Source: Methylocella sp. (GTDB lineage: Bacteria; Pseudomonadota; Alphaproteobacteria; Rhizobiales; Beijerinckiaceae). Taken from it: a stretch of DNA of 49,284 nt. The notes under the pieces were generated by a model. The model had not been told where the DNA came from, searched no databases, and was given only the letters and a program-made list of their open reading frames with translations. The position numbers were made by a program, and so were the translations under genes. How positions within the stretch are numbered: position 1 is the first letter of the stretch; every line of letters begins with the position of its first letter. The DNA lies in NCBI GenBank assembly GCA_050728715.1, contig JBOHJT010000001.1, positions 1 to 49,284 on the forward strand, given 5' to 3'. Positions 20,615 through 29,901 of the stretch are shown piece by piece.

Positions 20615-20753
20615 ATGCCGTCAAGGCCAGGCCCTGCGGGCGATTATGCCGGTTTCCCCATCTTTCCCCCGGATCAAGGGTCCGGGGTGCAAGACGGCTG
20701 CGCCGCCCTTCGGGTGGGTGATCCCCCTCCGGCATAATCGGCCTTGACTGCAT
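20615..20753. promoter_or_regulatory. Long stem-loop upstream of the methyltransferase operon (candidate ssDNA promoter/ssi)
   Basis: GTCAAGGC/GCCTTGAC, CGATTATGCCGG/CCGGCATAATCG and GGATCA/TGATCC nested inverted repeats. Confidence 0.65.
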
Positions 20754-20825
20754 TCCCCCCGCTCATTGCCGCGTGGCTAGCAAGGTTGCATGCGCAACCT
20801 TTTAAACAATTAAGGAAGAAAGACC

Positions 20826-21209
20826 ATGCAGACCTATCAATTTATCGCATTCCGTGACGAGCGTTATGCCGCCCACGGCGAAATACAGGCCGAAACCCCG
20901 GAGGACGCCAGGGCCAAAATCATGGACCGTTATTACGACGAGGGGCCGGGTCTGGAATTCAACGATTACGTTGACGGCGAAACACCCGATCATTTCATGC
21001 TGACGGATGAATCGGGGGAGGAATATCACCTTGAGGACGAGACACCGCCGGACGTGTTCAAAGCCCTGAAAGCCCTGATTCAGAAAGCGGACGACCTGAT
21101 AGCGGCCATTTACGGCGTAACCGACCAGTTCGGGCACGAGGTTTCGGCCCTGACTGACGCAGCAAGCGCAGCGGAAAAGGCGATGATGGCCGCAGGCGGT
21201 GCAGCATGA
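20826..21209 (+). CDS. Acidic hypothetical protein
   Basis: 127 aa with RBS; ATGA overlap with the MTase gene. Confidence 0.8.
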   Translation: MQTYQFIAFRDERYAAHGEIQAETPEDARAKIMDRYYDEGPGLEFNDYVDGETPDHFMLTDESGEEYHLEDETPPDVFKALKALIQKADDLIAAIYGVTDQFGHEVSALTDAASAAEKAMMAAGGAA

Positions 21210-21868
21210 CCCCCATCAATCAGATTGTGCAGGGCGACTGTGTGCAGGTTTTAAAATCCCTGCCGGGCAATGCCGTCGATCTTGTCGTCACCGATCCGCC
21301 GTACCTTGTGAATTACCGCGACAGAAGCGGCCGCACGGTCAGGAATGACAGCGGAAACCCTGAATTTCTTGACGCATTTTCGGACCTGTACCGGGTTTTG
21401 AAATCGAATAGCTTTTGCGTCTGCTTTTATGGCTGGAACCGCGTCGATGAGTTTTTCGGCGCATGGCGGCAGGCGCGATTCCGGCCCGTCGGTCATATCG
21501 TCTGGCAGAAGGATTATTCCTCTAGTGCAAGCTTTCTCCAGTATCGGCACGAGCAGGCTTATTTGCTGGCGAAGGGCAATCCCGACCGCCCCGCGAAGCC
21601 GCTGGCGGACGTTCAGCCGTGGGAATATTCCGGCAACCGGGCGCACCCGACCGAAAAGGCCGTCGGCATTTTGAGCCCGGTTATCAGGGCCTTTTCAAAG
21701 CCGGGCGACATCGTGCTGGACCCGTTCGCAGGATCAGGCAGTACAGCCGTCGCCGCGGCGTTGTCAGGTCGTCGCTATATCGGGATTGAACTGGAGGAGC
21801 GGTATTGCCGCCATGCCCGGACGCGCCTTGCCGGTGCTGCACGCTATGCAGCCAGAAAGGCGGCCTAA
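21206..21868 (+). CDS. Orphan N6-A/N4-C DNA methyltransferase (beta class)
   Basis: TDPPY precedes HPTEK and DPFAGSGST. Confidence 0.95.
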   Translation: MTPINQIVQGDCVQVLKSLPGNAVDLVVTDPPYLVNYRDRSGRTVRNDSGNPEFLDAFSDLYRVLKSNSFCVCFYGWNRVDEFFGAWRQARFRPVGHIVWQKDYSSSASFLQYRHEQAYLLAKGNPDRPAKPLADVQPWEYSGNRAHPTEKAVGILSPVIRAFSKPGDIVLDPFAGSGSTAVAAALSGRRYIGIELEERYCRHARTRLAGAARYAARKAA

Positions 21869-21869
21869 C

Positions 21870-22091
21870 ATGGACAGGTCAATCAAAGAGACGGCCATTC
21901 TTGCCAACCTTTCCGCACTCCGTGCGACCCTTGCGGGCGCACTGGAGCGAGCAACGGACGCCGAAAACGCCATCAAAATCGGCGAGGTCAATCAGGCCAT
22001 CGGCGCGGCGCACGGTATCGAATCGATCCTTCAGGACGCATTGGCGCTTTACGCCGCCGCTTTGGCCCTGCACCGCAGCGGGAGGGCCTGA
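21870..22091 (+). CDS. Small helical hypothetical protein
   Basis: Fits tightly between its operon neighbours. Confidence 0.7.
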   Translation: MDRSIKETAILANLSALRATLAGALERATDAENAIKIGEVNQAIGAAHGIESILQDALALYAAALALHRSGRA

Positions 22092-22093
22092 GC

Positions 22094-22699
22094 ATGACTC
22101 AGCTTGGATTTGCCGGTCTTCTGACGGAAGCCGATACCGCCAACGAGCAAAGGCAGTTCGCCAAGGCGACCGCGCACCTGCCCGGCACAATGGCGGAGGC
22201 CTTGCCCTTCTACCGGCGTATGATCGAACAGCATCACGCCGCCATGCTGGCCGCCGCAATCGACGAGGCCATGAACCTCAGGGAGCAAGCGCACCTTCTG
22301 GCCGGGAAGCTGAACGGCGGTAGTTGCGGAATCATCGCAAGTGATGACGCCCCCGGCTGCATCCTTGAGCGCGAAACGGCCGCTGCTGCGGGATCGTTCC
22401 CGCTGTGGGGACAGGCGGGCGATTTCACCGTGACTATTGGGACAATGCGCGTCAGGGTCGAAATGTTCGGCATGTTCGGAATCGGCGCCACATCCTGCCT
22501 GTTCCCCGGCTTCCACGCCCATGCCGTCGATCGGGACCGGCCCTTTTTGAGCGAAACCGGATTCCGTACTTTCCTTGGCGTGTCCGGCGACCTTGTGCCG
22601 GGACTGACGCCGGATGAGTTCGCCCGCGCCGTGATCGCCGCCTATGTGGAGCGGGAACTGAAAGGCCGCTTGAAGGCGATAGAACCGCGTCACAGGTGA
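22094..22699 (+). CDS. Hypothetical mobile-element protein
   Basis: 201 aa, GGAGG RBS, PLWGQ and PFLSETGFR motifs; last gene of the operon. Confidence 0.8.
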   Translation: MTQLGFAGLLTEADTANEQRQFAKATAHLPGTMAEALPFYRRMIEQHHAAMLAAAIDEAMNLREQAHLLAGKLNGGSCGIIASDDAPGCILERETAAAAGSFPLWGQAGDFTVTIGTMRVRVEMFGMFGIGATSCLFPGFHAHAVDRDRPFLSETGFRTFLGVSGDLVPGLTPDEFARAVIAAYVERELKGRLKAIEPRHR

Positions 22700-23001
22700 C
22701 GCCGATACAAACAGTGACAGACGGCCCGCGCGGGCCGTCTGGCGCGACTTCCCGATAACGGGCAATAATGAAGGCGTTGCCTCCTGACTTTTTTTTTTGC
22801 GCCCCAGGGCAAGCCCTGCCCCGCAACCCCGCCCGATTCCGGCCCTGGCAGGCCGGGCGCCGGGGGCAAATCCCGGCTCACTCCGCAGGTGCTTATTCGT
22901 CCCGTCATCCTTTTCGGCCCGATCGATCGGGCGTCAACCTGCATCGGTATCAAGCACATCGGCACAACAGGCCAGAACGCCATCAGGATAGTCCCGCAGG
23001 C
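22666..23001 (+). repeat. Direct repeat C, left copy
   Basis: Imperfect match to 28538-28856, including the RLKAIxPRHR-stop codons. Confidence 0.88.
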
Positions 23002-23204
23002 GGAGCACGACAAAGGCTTGCGGCAAAAACACGAAGAACGCCCCATGTCGAGGAAATGGTGTTGCAAAAATCGGTCGAAACTGACAACCTCAGCCTTAAC
23101 CTCAGGCTTAACCTTAGACTCAACAGGGTCGTCATCCGGTGGATGTCGGTTAAAAGGAGGATTGGGAACCATGGTAGTCGAGGAGCGATATTGCTTAAAT
23201 CCTT

Positions 23205-24236
23205 ATGAAACGAAACATCGCTGTTACGATCGTTCTGCTCGCTGGCCTTTTGCTGCTGGCGGTGCTCCTACAACAGAATCGCGCGTCGAAACCGGACATC
23301 GGCACACCACCAGGGGCAAGGCTGTCAGCGCAGACATTGCGGAAGCTGGTGGTGAATGAGGCGGCGCGGACTCTCCTTTACATCCCGCTCTACTACGCGC
23401 TTGATAGCGGTTACTTTCGCGACGCAGGACTCGACGTTCAAATCGTGACCGGCGGCACGGCGACCACCGCATTCGCAGCGATGGTCAGCGGCGAAGCGGA
23501 GTTTGCCGTAGCTGACCCGATGTATGTGCCAATCGCACAGGAGAAAGGCGGCGACGCGCGAGTTGTCGCGCAGGTCGTCGGTCGTATCGCCGTGTGGGGA
23601 GTTGTGAAAGACTCGGCACTCAACATCGAGGGCCCTGCAGATGTCCGGGGGAAGCGCATTGCGACACATCAAAAGCCGATGACGGCATACACATACACTG
23701 TAAAATGGTTGCGAGAGGCCGGACTCGACCCAGACAAAGATGTCACGCTCATCACGGGTGCGCCGGGTTCTGAGATTGCAGCTATCATGGCGGGGCAGGC
23801 GGATGTGATGTTTTCCTTGGAGCCGAACACCTCGCGTGTTGTGTTACAGGGAGGAAAAGTCATCTACTCGTTTCCGCTGGCACTGGGAGATCAAATCTTT
23901 ACCGGCTTGATGACGAAGGAATCGTTCGAGAAGCAAAATCGCACGGTGGTGGAAAGTGTTGTTCGCGCGCTCCAGCGGGCGCTAAATGAGCTTCACGCAG
24001 ACCCGGACAATGGCTTGCCAGCCGCAAAGAAGTTTTTCCCACAAATTGACGAGCCCGTTCTGAAAGCGGCTCTTCAAAGGATAACGAGCGAAGAAGTACT
24101 TCCGAAAAGCGTACTCGTATCGGAAGAATCGTGGAACAAGGCTATCAAAGTGCGGGTGGACGCGGGAGACTTGAAGCGAGCGTACTCCCGTCAGGAGAGT
24201 TGTGAAATCAAATTGATGGAGAAGACCGCAAAATAG
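23205..24236 (+). CDS. ABC transporter substrate-binding protein, NMT1/SsuA/TauA family
   Basis: N-terminal signal/anchor; YIPLYYALDSGYFRDAGLDV; GQADV. Confidence 0.9.
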   Translation: MKRNIAVTIVLLAGLLLLAVLLQQNRASKPDIGTPPGARLSAQTLRKLVVNEAARTLLYIPLYYALDSGYFRDAGLDVQIVTGGTATTAFAAMVSGEAEFAVADPMYVPIAQEKGGDARVVAQVVGRIAVWGVVKDSALNIEGPADVRGKRIATHQKPMTAYTYTVKWLREAGLDPDKDVTLITGAPGSEIAAIMAGQADVMFSLEPNTSRVVLQGGKVIYSFPLALGDQIFTGLMTKESFEKQNRTVVESVVRALQRALNELHADPDNGLPAAKKFFPQIDEPVLKAALQRITSEEVLPKSVLVSEESWNKAIKVRVDAGDLKRAYSRQESCEIKLMEKTAK

Positions 24237-24262
24237 TGAACCAAATTCAGGAGGGCATATCT

Positions 24263-25951
24263 ATGTATGATCAGTCTAGAGTCATCCTCGCAGGGCCATC
24301 TTTGTTGTATGCGCCCCTTTACTTGGCAAAAATCGAGAAACTAAGTTACGCATACCGATGGATAAACTTTGACTATCCAACGCTGCGTGACGTAATCCGC
24401 CAAGAAGAGGGTCAGCATGACCCCGTTTACTATAAACTGCTTTCGACTGACCAAGACCACGATGTTGCGCTTGCTGTAGCCGACCCGTTCAGGCTGCGAT
24501 ACAAAAATGCAATCGGAACAGATCCATCAAGTGCTGTCGTGGTTGGTGGTTTAATCCAAAAAACGTGTCTCTGGCTTGTCTCTAACAAAAATTTTCACGA
24601 TTTTGATCACATCAAAGATAGATTTAATCAAATAGTTGTTCATCGGAAAGAGATGACAAGCTATGCATTGATGCGCGCTTTACTGAAAGATCAGTCCGTT
24701 ACTGATGCTGAAGCAGAAAAGCTTCTTTTTCGAAACGCCCGAGTGGGAGAAGAACATCTTTGGGCGTCGCGGTGGCGTCCACGGCGCAATGTACAGGGAC
24801 AAGATCTGCCGTTTGCTTACCTCACAGGAGATCGAAATCATGCCATTGAACGATACTCCCGGAGGGGATTTACGAAGGCCTTTTTCGAGCATCCGAACGA
24901 TGAATACAAACAGGTCCTTTTTACCGGACTTGTTACTTCACAGCACTACTGGACTAACAAAAAAGAGTTTGTTGAGGAACTTGTGGATGGTATTAAGCGA
25001 GCCATCGAAATAATCTATAATGATGAGAAATGGGCTGCAGAATGTCTATTCCGTGATGAAGAACTACGCAAGCTTTTACCTGGAGAGCAAACCGAGCTGC
25101 GGATTAAGGACTATCTCTGTGCTCTCACGAGAATTGAAGCTTACGTGAGACATCCCAACTTGAAAATAGCGCAGCACACTTTCGACAATGGTTTTGCCAT
25201 TCACGAAAAGGCGCAAGCAACCAATGAGTCTTACGGAATCCTTGCGAAGTCCAAGCTTGCGCCCGCATTCACCGAAGTCCTTGTAGTGAGTCCAACTTCG
25301 CAGGCACCGCGCACATCAATTTATTATGTTGAACTTTCAGCGTCGGGAGACCAACCTAGTTCCCAGTTGTTGACTTGGGCAGGAGTCACATTTGCCTTGC
25401 TGGTTTCGCTGTTTTCATTGGCGCGAGTCGCAGCGACCGGCAATTCGTCATCTATCGTAAACAACATAGTTATTAAGTCGCTTGCGGAATGGCTGGCCGC
25501 TTACAGATTAATTGGCTGCAACGCTTATAGGCCTTTGGATTGGGGCGTGGACGGGTGGATAGCCATTGCAATGAGTATGATCGCATTGGCGCTTATGCTT
25601 GGGGCATTAAGTGAACTTCTTGAAGGCAAATCGGAAAAACCCGTGCGAAATTCCGTCGTTTTGATTGCAGGCATAGCAGCGATGATGACCTTGACTTTCA
25701 CTTTGTCGGACTGGAACACAACCGTTGGGGCCCTTAGCAATTGGGCAGTTTTTTATTTCGCTGTCTACAAGTTCGCACGCCGTTTTTGGGTTTCTCGTTT
25801 GTCTTGGCCTAAGCGAATTAAGATGCAATGGGTATCAACATTATTATTTATCAATCGGGTATGCCACGCCGCGACAGAACGGTTCGAAAAGCAAAATCGC
25901 TCTGAACCATTACGCATTGGACTACTATGGAAACTCCTGCCAAGATCCTAG
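24263..25951 (+). CDS. Divergent NMT1-like binding domain without signal peptide fused to about 4 TM helices
   Basis: Colinear blocks shared with the upstream SBP; hydrophobic C-terminal segments; AGGAGG RBS before ATG 24263. Confidence 0.75.
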   Translation: MYDQSRVILAGPSLLYAPLYLAKIEKLSYAYRWINFDYPTLRDVIRQEEGQHDPVYYKLLSTDQDHDVALAVADPFRLRYKNAIGTDPSSAVVVGGLIQKTCLWLVSNKNFHDFDHIKDRFNQIVVHRKEMTSYALMRALLKDQSVTDAEAEKLLFRNARVGEEHLWASRWRPRRNVQGQDLPFAYLTGDRNHAIERYSRRGFTKAFFEHPNDEYKQVLFTGLVTSQHYWTNKKEFVEELVDGIKRAIEIIYNDEKWAAECLFRDEELRKLLPGEQTELRIKDYLCALTRIEAYVRHPNLKIAQHTFDNGFAIHEKAQATNESYGILAKSKLAPAFTEVLVVSPTSQAPRTSIYYVELSASGDQPSSQLLTWAGVTFALLVSLFSLARVAATGNSSSIVNNIVIKSLAEWLAAYRLIGCNAYRPLDWGVDGWIAIAMSMIALALMLGALSELLEGKSEKPVRNSVVLIAGIAAMMTLTFTLSDWNTTVGALSNWAVFYFAVYKFARRFWVSRLSWPKRIKMQWVSTLLFINRVCHAATERFEKQNRSEPLRIGLLWKLLPRS

Positions 25952-26727
25952 TTAAAGAGGTCGAGTTTGCTTACGAATTGCCGGCAAAGAATGGGCGTCT
26001 TTCAGTCTTGAAGTCGGTGACATTTGGATGTGAACCTACGAAGATCGTTGCTGTCGTTGGTCCAAGCGGATGCGGCAAAAGCACCCTGCTGAATATTATA
26101 GCGGGACTTCTCCGGCCGACAGGCGGCCAAATTGAATTCCCGGATTCACTAGGTGGAAATCCTCGGAGAACTGCTTATGTATTTCAAAGCCCGCGTCTTG
26201 TTCCATGGCTTTCAGTGCGTCATAATGCGCTGCTTGGAGCAGAACTTGGTGGGATACTTACCAGCCAGTTGGAGCGTCGTTGCAATGAGCACCTTTCGGC
26301 GTACGGATTGACAGGCTTTGAAAACTCTCTGCCACATACCTTAAGCGGTGGAATGCAGCAGCGAGTCGCTTTGCTGCGGGCATTGTTATCGAATGCCAAG
26401 GTTTTGCTGCTGGACGAGCCATACGCCAATTCCGACTTCGTTCTACGGCGACAGTTGCAGATGGAATTATCCGAGGCCGTCACTCGAGACAAGCTGGTGG
26501 CAATTCTCGTGACCCATGATTTGACCGAGGCCGCAAGAACGGCGGACGAGGTTGTGGTATTGAGCGAGCGCCCGGCAGAAGTCGTGGATACGTTCCACAT
26601 TCCCATCCCTCGCGCCGCTCGCCTCAAAGGAGAAGCTGATGCCATCCGCGACTTGGCCGAATACCTGTCGCGCCTTGAACGGGCGGTTTCCGATTCTCAG
26701 AGAGCACAGAAGGGATTCGCGTCGTGA
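25927..26727 (+). CDS. ABC transporter ATP-binding protein, NitT/TauT family
   Basis: GPSGCGKST, LSGGMQQR, LLLDEP, VTHD. Confidence 0.95.
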   Translation: METPAKILVKEVEFAYELPAKNGRLSVLKSVTFGCEPTKIVAVVGPSGCGKSTLLNIIAGLLRPTGGQIEFPDSLGGNPRRTAYVFQSPRLVPWLSVRHNALLGAELGGILTSQLERRCNEHLSAYGLTGFENSLPHTLSGGMQQRVALLRALLSNAKVLLLDEPYANSDFVLRRQLQMELSEAVTRDKLVAILVTHDLTEAARTADEVVVLSERPAEVVDTFHIPIPRAARLKGEADAIRDLAEYLSRLERAVSDSQRAQKGFAS

Positions 26728-27488
26728 AAAACCTTGCTCTCATCAATCTCTTGCGACTGTTACCCGCACTCGCTCTTCTAACCGTCTGGCAGCTTGCGGC
26801 GAATCAGTGGCCGAATCTCGACTTCACAACGGGATCGCCTGTCGGAATTGCACGCGAACTTCGAGTTCTCATCGGCACGGAAACCCTGTTCAGAGATTTT
26901 GGCATAACGCTAGGCGAAGCCGTCCTCGGCTTTCTGACTGGAACGGTGGCCGGGACAGCTTTGGGCCTTTTTCTGTGGAGCATGAGAACCGCCTACGACG
27001 TGCTTCGTCCATATCTGCTTGCCCTTGGCGCGCTTCCAATCGTGGCGCTCGGACCGATGATGATTTTCTGGTTTGGCACAGGAATGCTTTCCAAAGTTGT
27101 TCTTGGATTTCTTGCGACCGTAGTAATTGCCATCACGCAGTCCTACACTGGCGCGCATGAGGCGGATTCGGATCTCCTTAAAATGGTTCAAGCTTTTGGC
27201 GGATCATGCCGACAGGCTTTCTGGAAAATTGTTGTTCCCTCCGCCGCACTATGGGTTGTTGCCGGAATCCGCATCAATGTGAGCATGGCTTTGCTTGCGG
27301 CATTCGTCGGCGAATTCATCGCATCGCGGATGGGGCTGGGATATCTCATCATAACAGCAGAAGGACTTTACAACGTGAACCAAATCTGGTGTGGCATCGG
27401 CGGCATTCTTCTGATAGCATTTCTGCTGCATTTCTCTACCTTTCCGCTTGAACAGTGGGCGAGCAAACTCAAGCCAACACGCAATTAG
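26724..27488 (+). CDS. ABC transporter permease, NitT/TauT family
   Basis: Multiple TM helices; VGEFIASRMGLGYLI motif. Confidence 0.93.
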   Translation: MKNLALINLLRLLPALALLTVWQLAANQWPNLDFTTGSPVGIARELRVLIGTETLFRDFGITLGEAVLGFLTGTVAGTALGLFLWSMRTAYDVLRPYLLALGALPIVALGPMMIFWFGTGMLSKVVLGFLATVVIAITQSYTGAHEADSDLLKMVQAFGGSCRQAFWKIVVPSAALWVVAGIRINVSMALLAAFVGEFIASRMGLGYLIITAEGLYNVNQIWCGIGGILLIAFLLHFSTFPLEQWASKLKPTRN

Positions 27489-27499
27489 GAGAGACAGCA

Positions 27500-28501
27500 A
27501 TGGCATGTCGAATTGCAGACAACAAACCGCTTGCAAAACTCTCGCGAGAGCTCGATATCGCGCCGCGTTGCCACGGGAAACGGCGCGAGTGCATCCAAGG
27601 ATTTGAGACCCACGGCGATGAATTCGTGATGGGGGCTGCCGGCGCGGCCATTGGCTACTGTCAGGCTCTTTTCGCCAATGCAGGGGATCCGCGCCGCCAC
27701 ACGGCGAAAGTCCAACGTCTCTTGCGTGAAATCGAAGCGCCATGGTGCGAAAGCCATGAGCTGCAATGGGGCTACCGCCTCGACGCCACCGCCACTGATT
27801 TCGTGTCCAACGCGTGTGCACCGCTGCTCGGAAGCGGACGAGTGCCGATTCTCATCACGGCATTAGACCCGGCTCGCCAAGCGGACGAATTAAGGGCGAT
27901 TCTGACGGCATCGCCATCTATTCCAGACTCAGACAGCATCTTAGTGCGTGTCGTCTTGAATAGCGGTGGCTCTGTCGTGGCTATCGTGAAGATTCTTCGG
28001 GAACTTCTCACCGATGCGCGAACCCAGGGGCGCATGCCGAAATGGTGGCCACTCCTTCAGGGGACAATTGCGCGCGGAGATTGGGCAATGCTCAAGAAAT
28101 TGTTGGGATCCGATTGGGACTATGTGAACGTCGCCGTAAATCCGTTCGTCACGGACGATGTGTTCACGGAGGTCGAGAGCCAGATCACAGTCGCCCAGAT
28201 TCCGGTCGCAAAGGTTGATGGAATCCATTCGGATGGTCGCATTCAGCTTCATCCGAGCGTCAGAATTCTAGGCGCTGCAGAAGACGCGGCGTATTCACTC
28301 GCTGATTTCGCTCAAAGACTGGCGGGCCTTCCAACTGCCCCGACTCTAATTGTGCTTGGACCGAGTCAGTCGGATTGGTCAGACGAGGAGAATCAGCAAC
28401 GAATCGTTTCATTGCTTCCGCTCGTTCGTCGAGCTTGTGATGACCTGTGGGAGAGTTTGACCCCGCAGCGCCGAGACGAGGTTTGGAGGCTAGTCGCTTG
28501 A
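27500..28501 (+). CDS. Hypothetical soluble protein
   Basis: 333 aa with AGGAG RBS; last gene of the ABC cassette; no family recognised. Confidence 0.75.
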   Translation: MACRIADNKPLAKLSRELDIAPRCHGKRRECIQGFETHGDEFVMGAAGAAIGYCQALFANAGDPRRHTAKVQRLLREIEAPWCESHELQWGYRLDATATDFVSNACAPLLGSGRVPILITALDPARQADELRAILTASPSIPDSDSILVRVVLNSGGSVVAIVKILRELLTDARTQGRMPKWWPLLQGTIARGDWAMLKKLLGSDWDYVNVAVNPFVTDDVFTEVESQITVAQIPVAKVDGIHSDGRIQLHPSVRILGAAEDAAYSLADFAQRLAGLPTAPTLIVLGPSQSDWSDEENQQRIVSLLPLVRRACDDLWESLTPQRRDEVWRLVA

Positions 28502-28537
28502 CCGAAGGCAACCGGAGGTTTGGACATTGTTTCGAAT

Positions 28538-28856
28538 CCGCCTGAAAGCAATTAAACCTCGCCATAGGTGACCCCGATACAGATATAGCCATTCGGTTCT
28601 CCGGTGCCGTCGATGGCGATGGAATGAAGGTGTAGCCGCCTGCTTTTTTTGTGCGCCCCAAACAAACCCTGCCCCGCGACCCCGCCCTGGTTCCGGCCCT
28701 GGCAGGCCGGGCACCGGGGAAAAATCCCGGCTCACTTCCGAAGAGCTCGTTCGTCCCGTCATCCTCTTCGGCCCGGCCGATCGGGCGCCAGCCTATGTGG
28801 ATGCATGCGCATCGGCAGGACAGGCCCGCAGACGTCATCACGATAGTCCCGCAGGC
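28538..28856 (+). repeat. Direct repeat C, right copy
   Basis: Imperfect match to 22666-23001. Confidence 0.88.
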
Positions 28857-28976
28857 ATCGAGCGCGGTTCCTTGAATTTTTCCCATTCAGGCGTTCAGAG
28901 CAGTCCTCAGATTCCGGCGGCGATTGCCCCGCAGGCTCTTCTCCCGTTTCCCTGCCCTGCCATTGCGCTCCATCAG

Positions 28977-29146
28977 TCGGGCTTTGATCCCGCACGCCAG
29001 CCTCATGTGACAACCTGGCGGAACGCGGCCCTATGGCCGCAAGCACTTCTTTGGCTCCCCCTGAAGGTCTCCCCCAAACAAGTGCTTGCAGCCGGGCCTG
29101 TGCGTCCCGCTCACGGAACGTCACGGCTGGCATGGGGTCAGCCCGA
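28977..29146. promoter_or_regulatory. 170-nt nested stem-loop upstream of a small backbone gene (candidate ssDNA promoter/ssi)
   Basis: TCGGGCT/AGCCCGA, GCCAGCC/GGCTGGC, GTGAC/GTCAC, GGCCC/GGGCC and GCAAGCACTT/AAGTGCTTGC pairs. Confidence 0.7.
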
Positions 29147-29165
29147 AACTTAAAGGAGCAAGACA

Positions 29166-29393
29166 ATGGCATACGGTAAAAACAACACGAAGAAGGTCCA
29201 GCAACGCGAAACCACGCCGCCGGTGCTGATCGCCTGGCACGTCCTCGAACGCGGGGAAAAGAAGTTCTGGAACCGCGTCGGCGCAGCGTGGGAGCATGAG
29301 GACGGCGACGGCCTGACCCTGCAGCTCGACCTGATCCCGGTCGCAGACGGCCGCATCGTTCTCAGGAAGCCGAAAGAAGACGAAGCGGCTTGA
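29166..29393 (+). CDS. Small beta-rich mobile-element protein (DUF736-like)
   Basis: FWNRVGAAW...LTLQLDLIP motif; AAAGGAG RBS. Confidence 0.75.
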   Translation: MAYGKNNTKKVQQRETTPPVLIAWHVLERGEKKFWNRVGAAWEHEDGDGLTLQLDLIPVADGRIVLRKPKEDEAA

Positions 29394-29401
29394 GGCCCCA
29401 C

Positions 29402-29442
29402 GGAGAGGAGCCGGGTTTCCCCCGGCTCCTCTCCCTTGTTTT
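29402..29442 (+). terminator. Probable intrinsic terminator
   Basis: GGAGAGGAGCCGGG/CCCGGCTCCTCTCC stem followed by CTTGTTTT. Confidence 0.7.
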
Positions 29443-29497
29443 CCACCTCTTGGGGGCCAGCCCCCGCCGGCTGCGATCCCGCCCGCCCGGCATCCCC
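29442..29497 (+). repeat. Dispersed repeat B, copy 2
   Basis: Matches 14821-14876. Confidence 0.9.
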
Positions 29498-29598
29498 CGC
29501 AATTGGCGCCCTACGGGCATCTTTCAAAGAAAGGGCCTGGCAAGGGAACCGCGTATTGTGTAACTTGACAAGACACACTTGTCCTGCTAAGCTTCCCT

Positions 29599-29889
29599 AT
29601 GAAGATCAGGAACGTGATCCATAAGGGGCTGCGGCGCTTCATCGAGGACGACGTTAGTTCAGGCCTGCCGCCCGCCGTTGGGCCGAAGGTCCGCAAGATC
29701 GTCTCCTTCCTGCAGGACATGGATCAGGAAAGCGAGCTGCGCACCGTGCCAACCTGGAACGCCCATCAGATGACCGGCGACCGGAGAGGAACCTGGAGCC
29801 TGTCCGTCACCAAGAACTGGCGCATCACGTTCCAGATCGCGCAGGCGGAAATCGAAATTATCGACCTCAATTATGAGGACTACCACTAG
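29599..29889 (+). CDS. higB: HigB-type (RelE superfamily) toxin
   Basis: HKGLRRF...HQMTGDRRGTWSLSVTKNWRITF...DYH. Confidence 0.92.
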   Translation: MKIRNVIHKGLRRFIEDDVSSGLPPAVGPKVRKIVSFLQDMDQESELRTVPTWNAHQMTGDRRGTWSLSVTKNWRITFQIAQAEIEIIDLNYEDYH

Positions 29890-29901
29890 GAGGTGGAGCC
29901 C

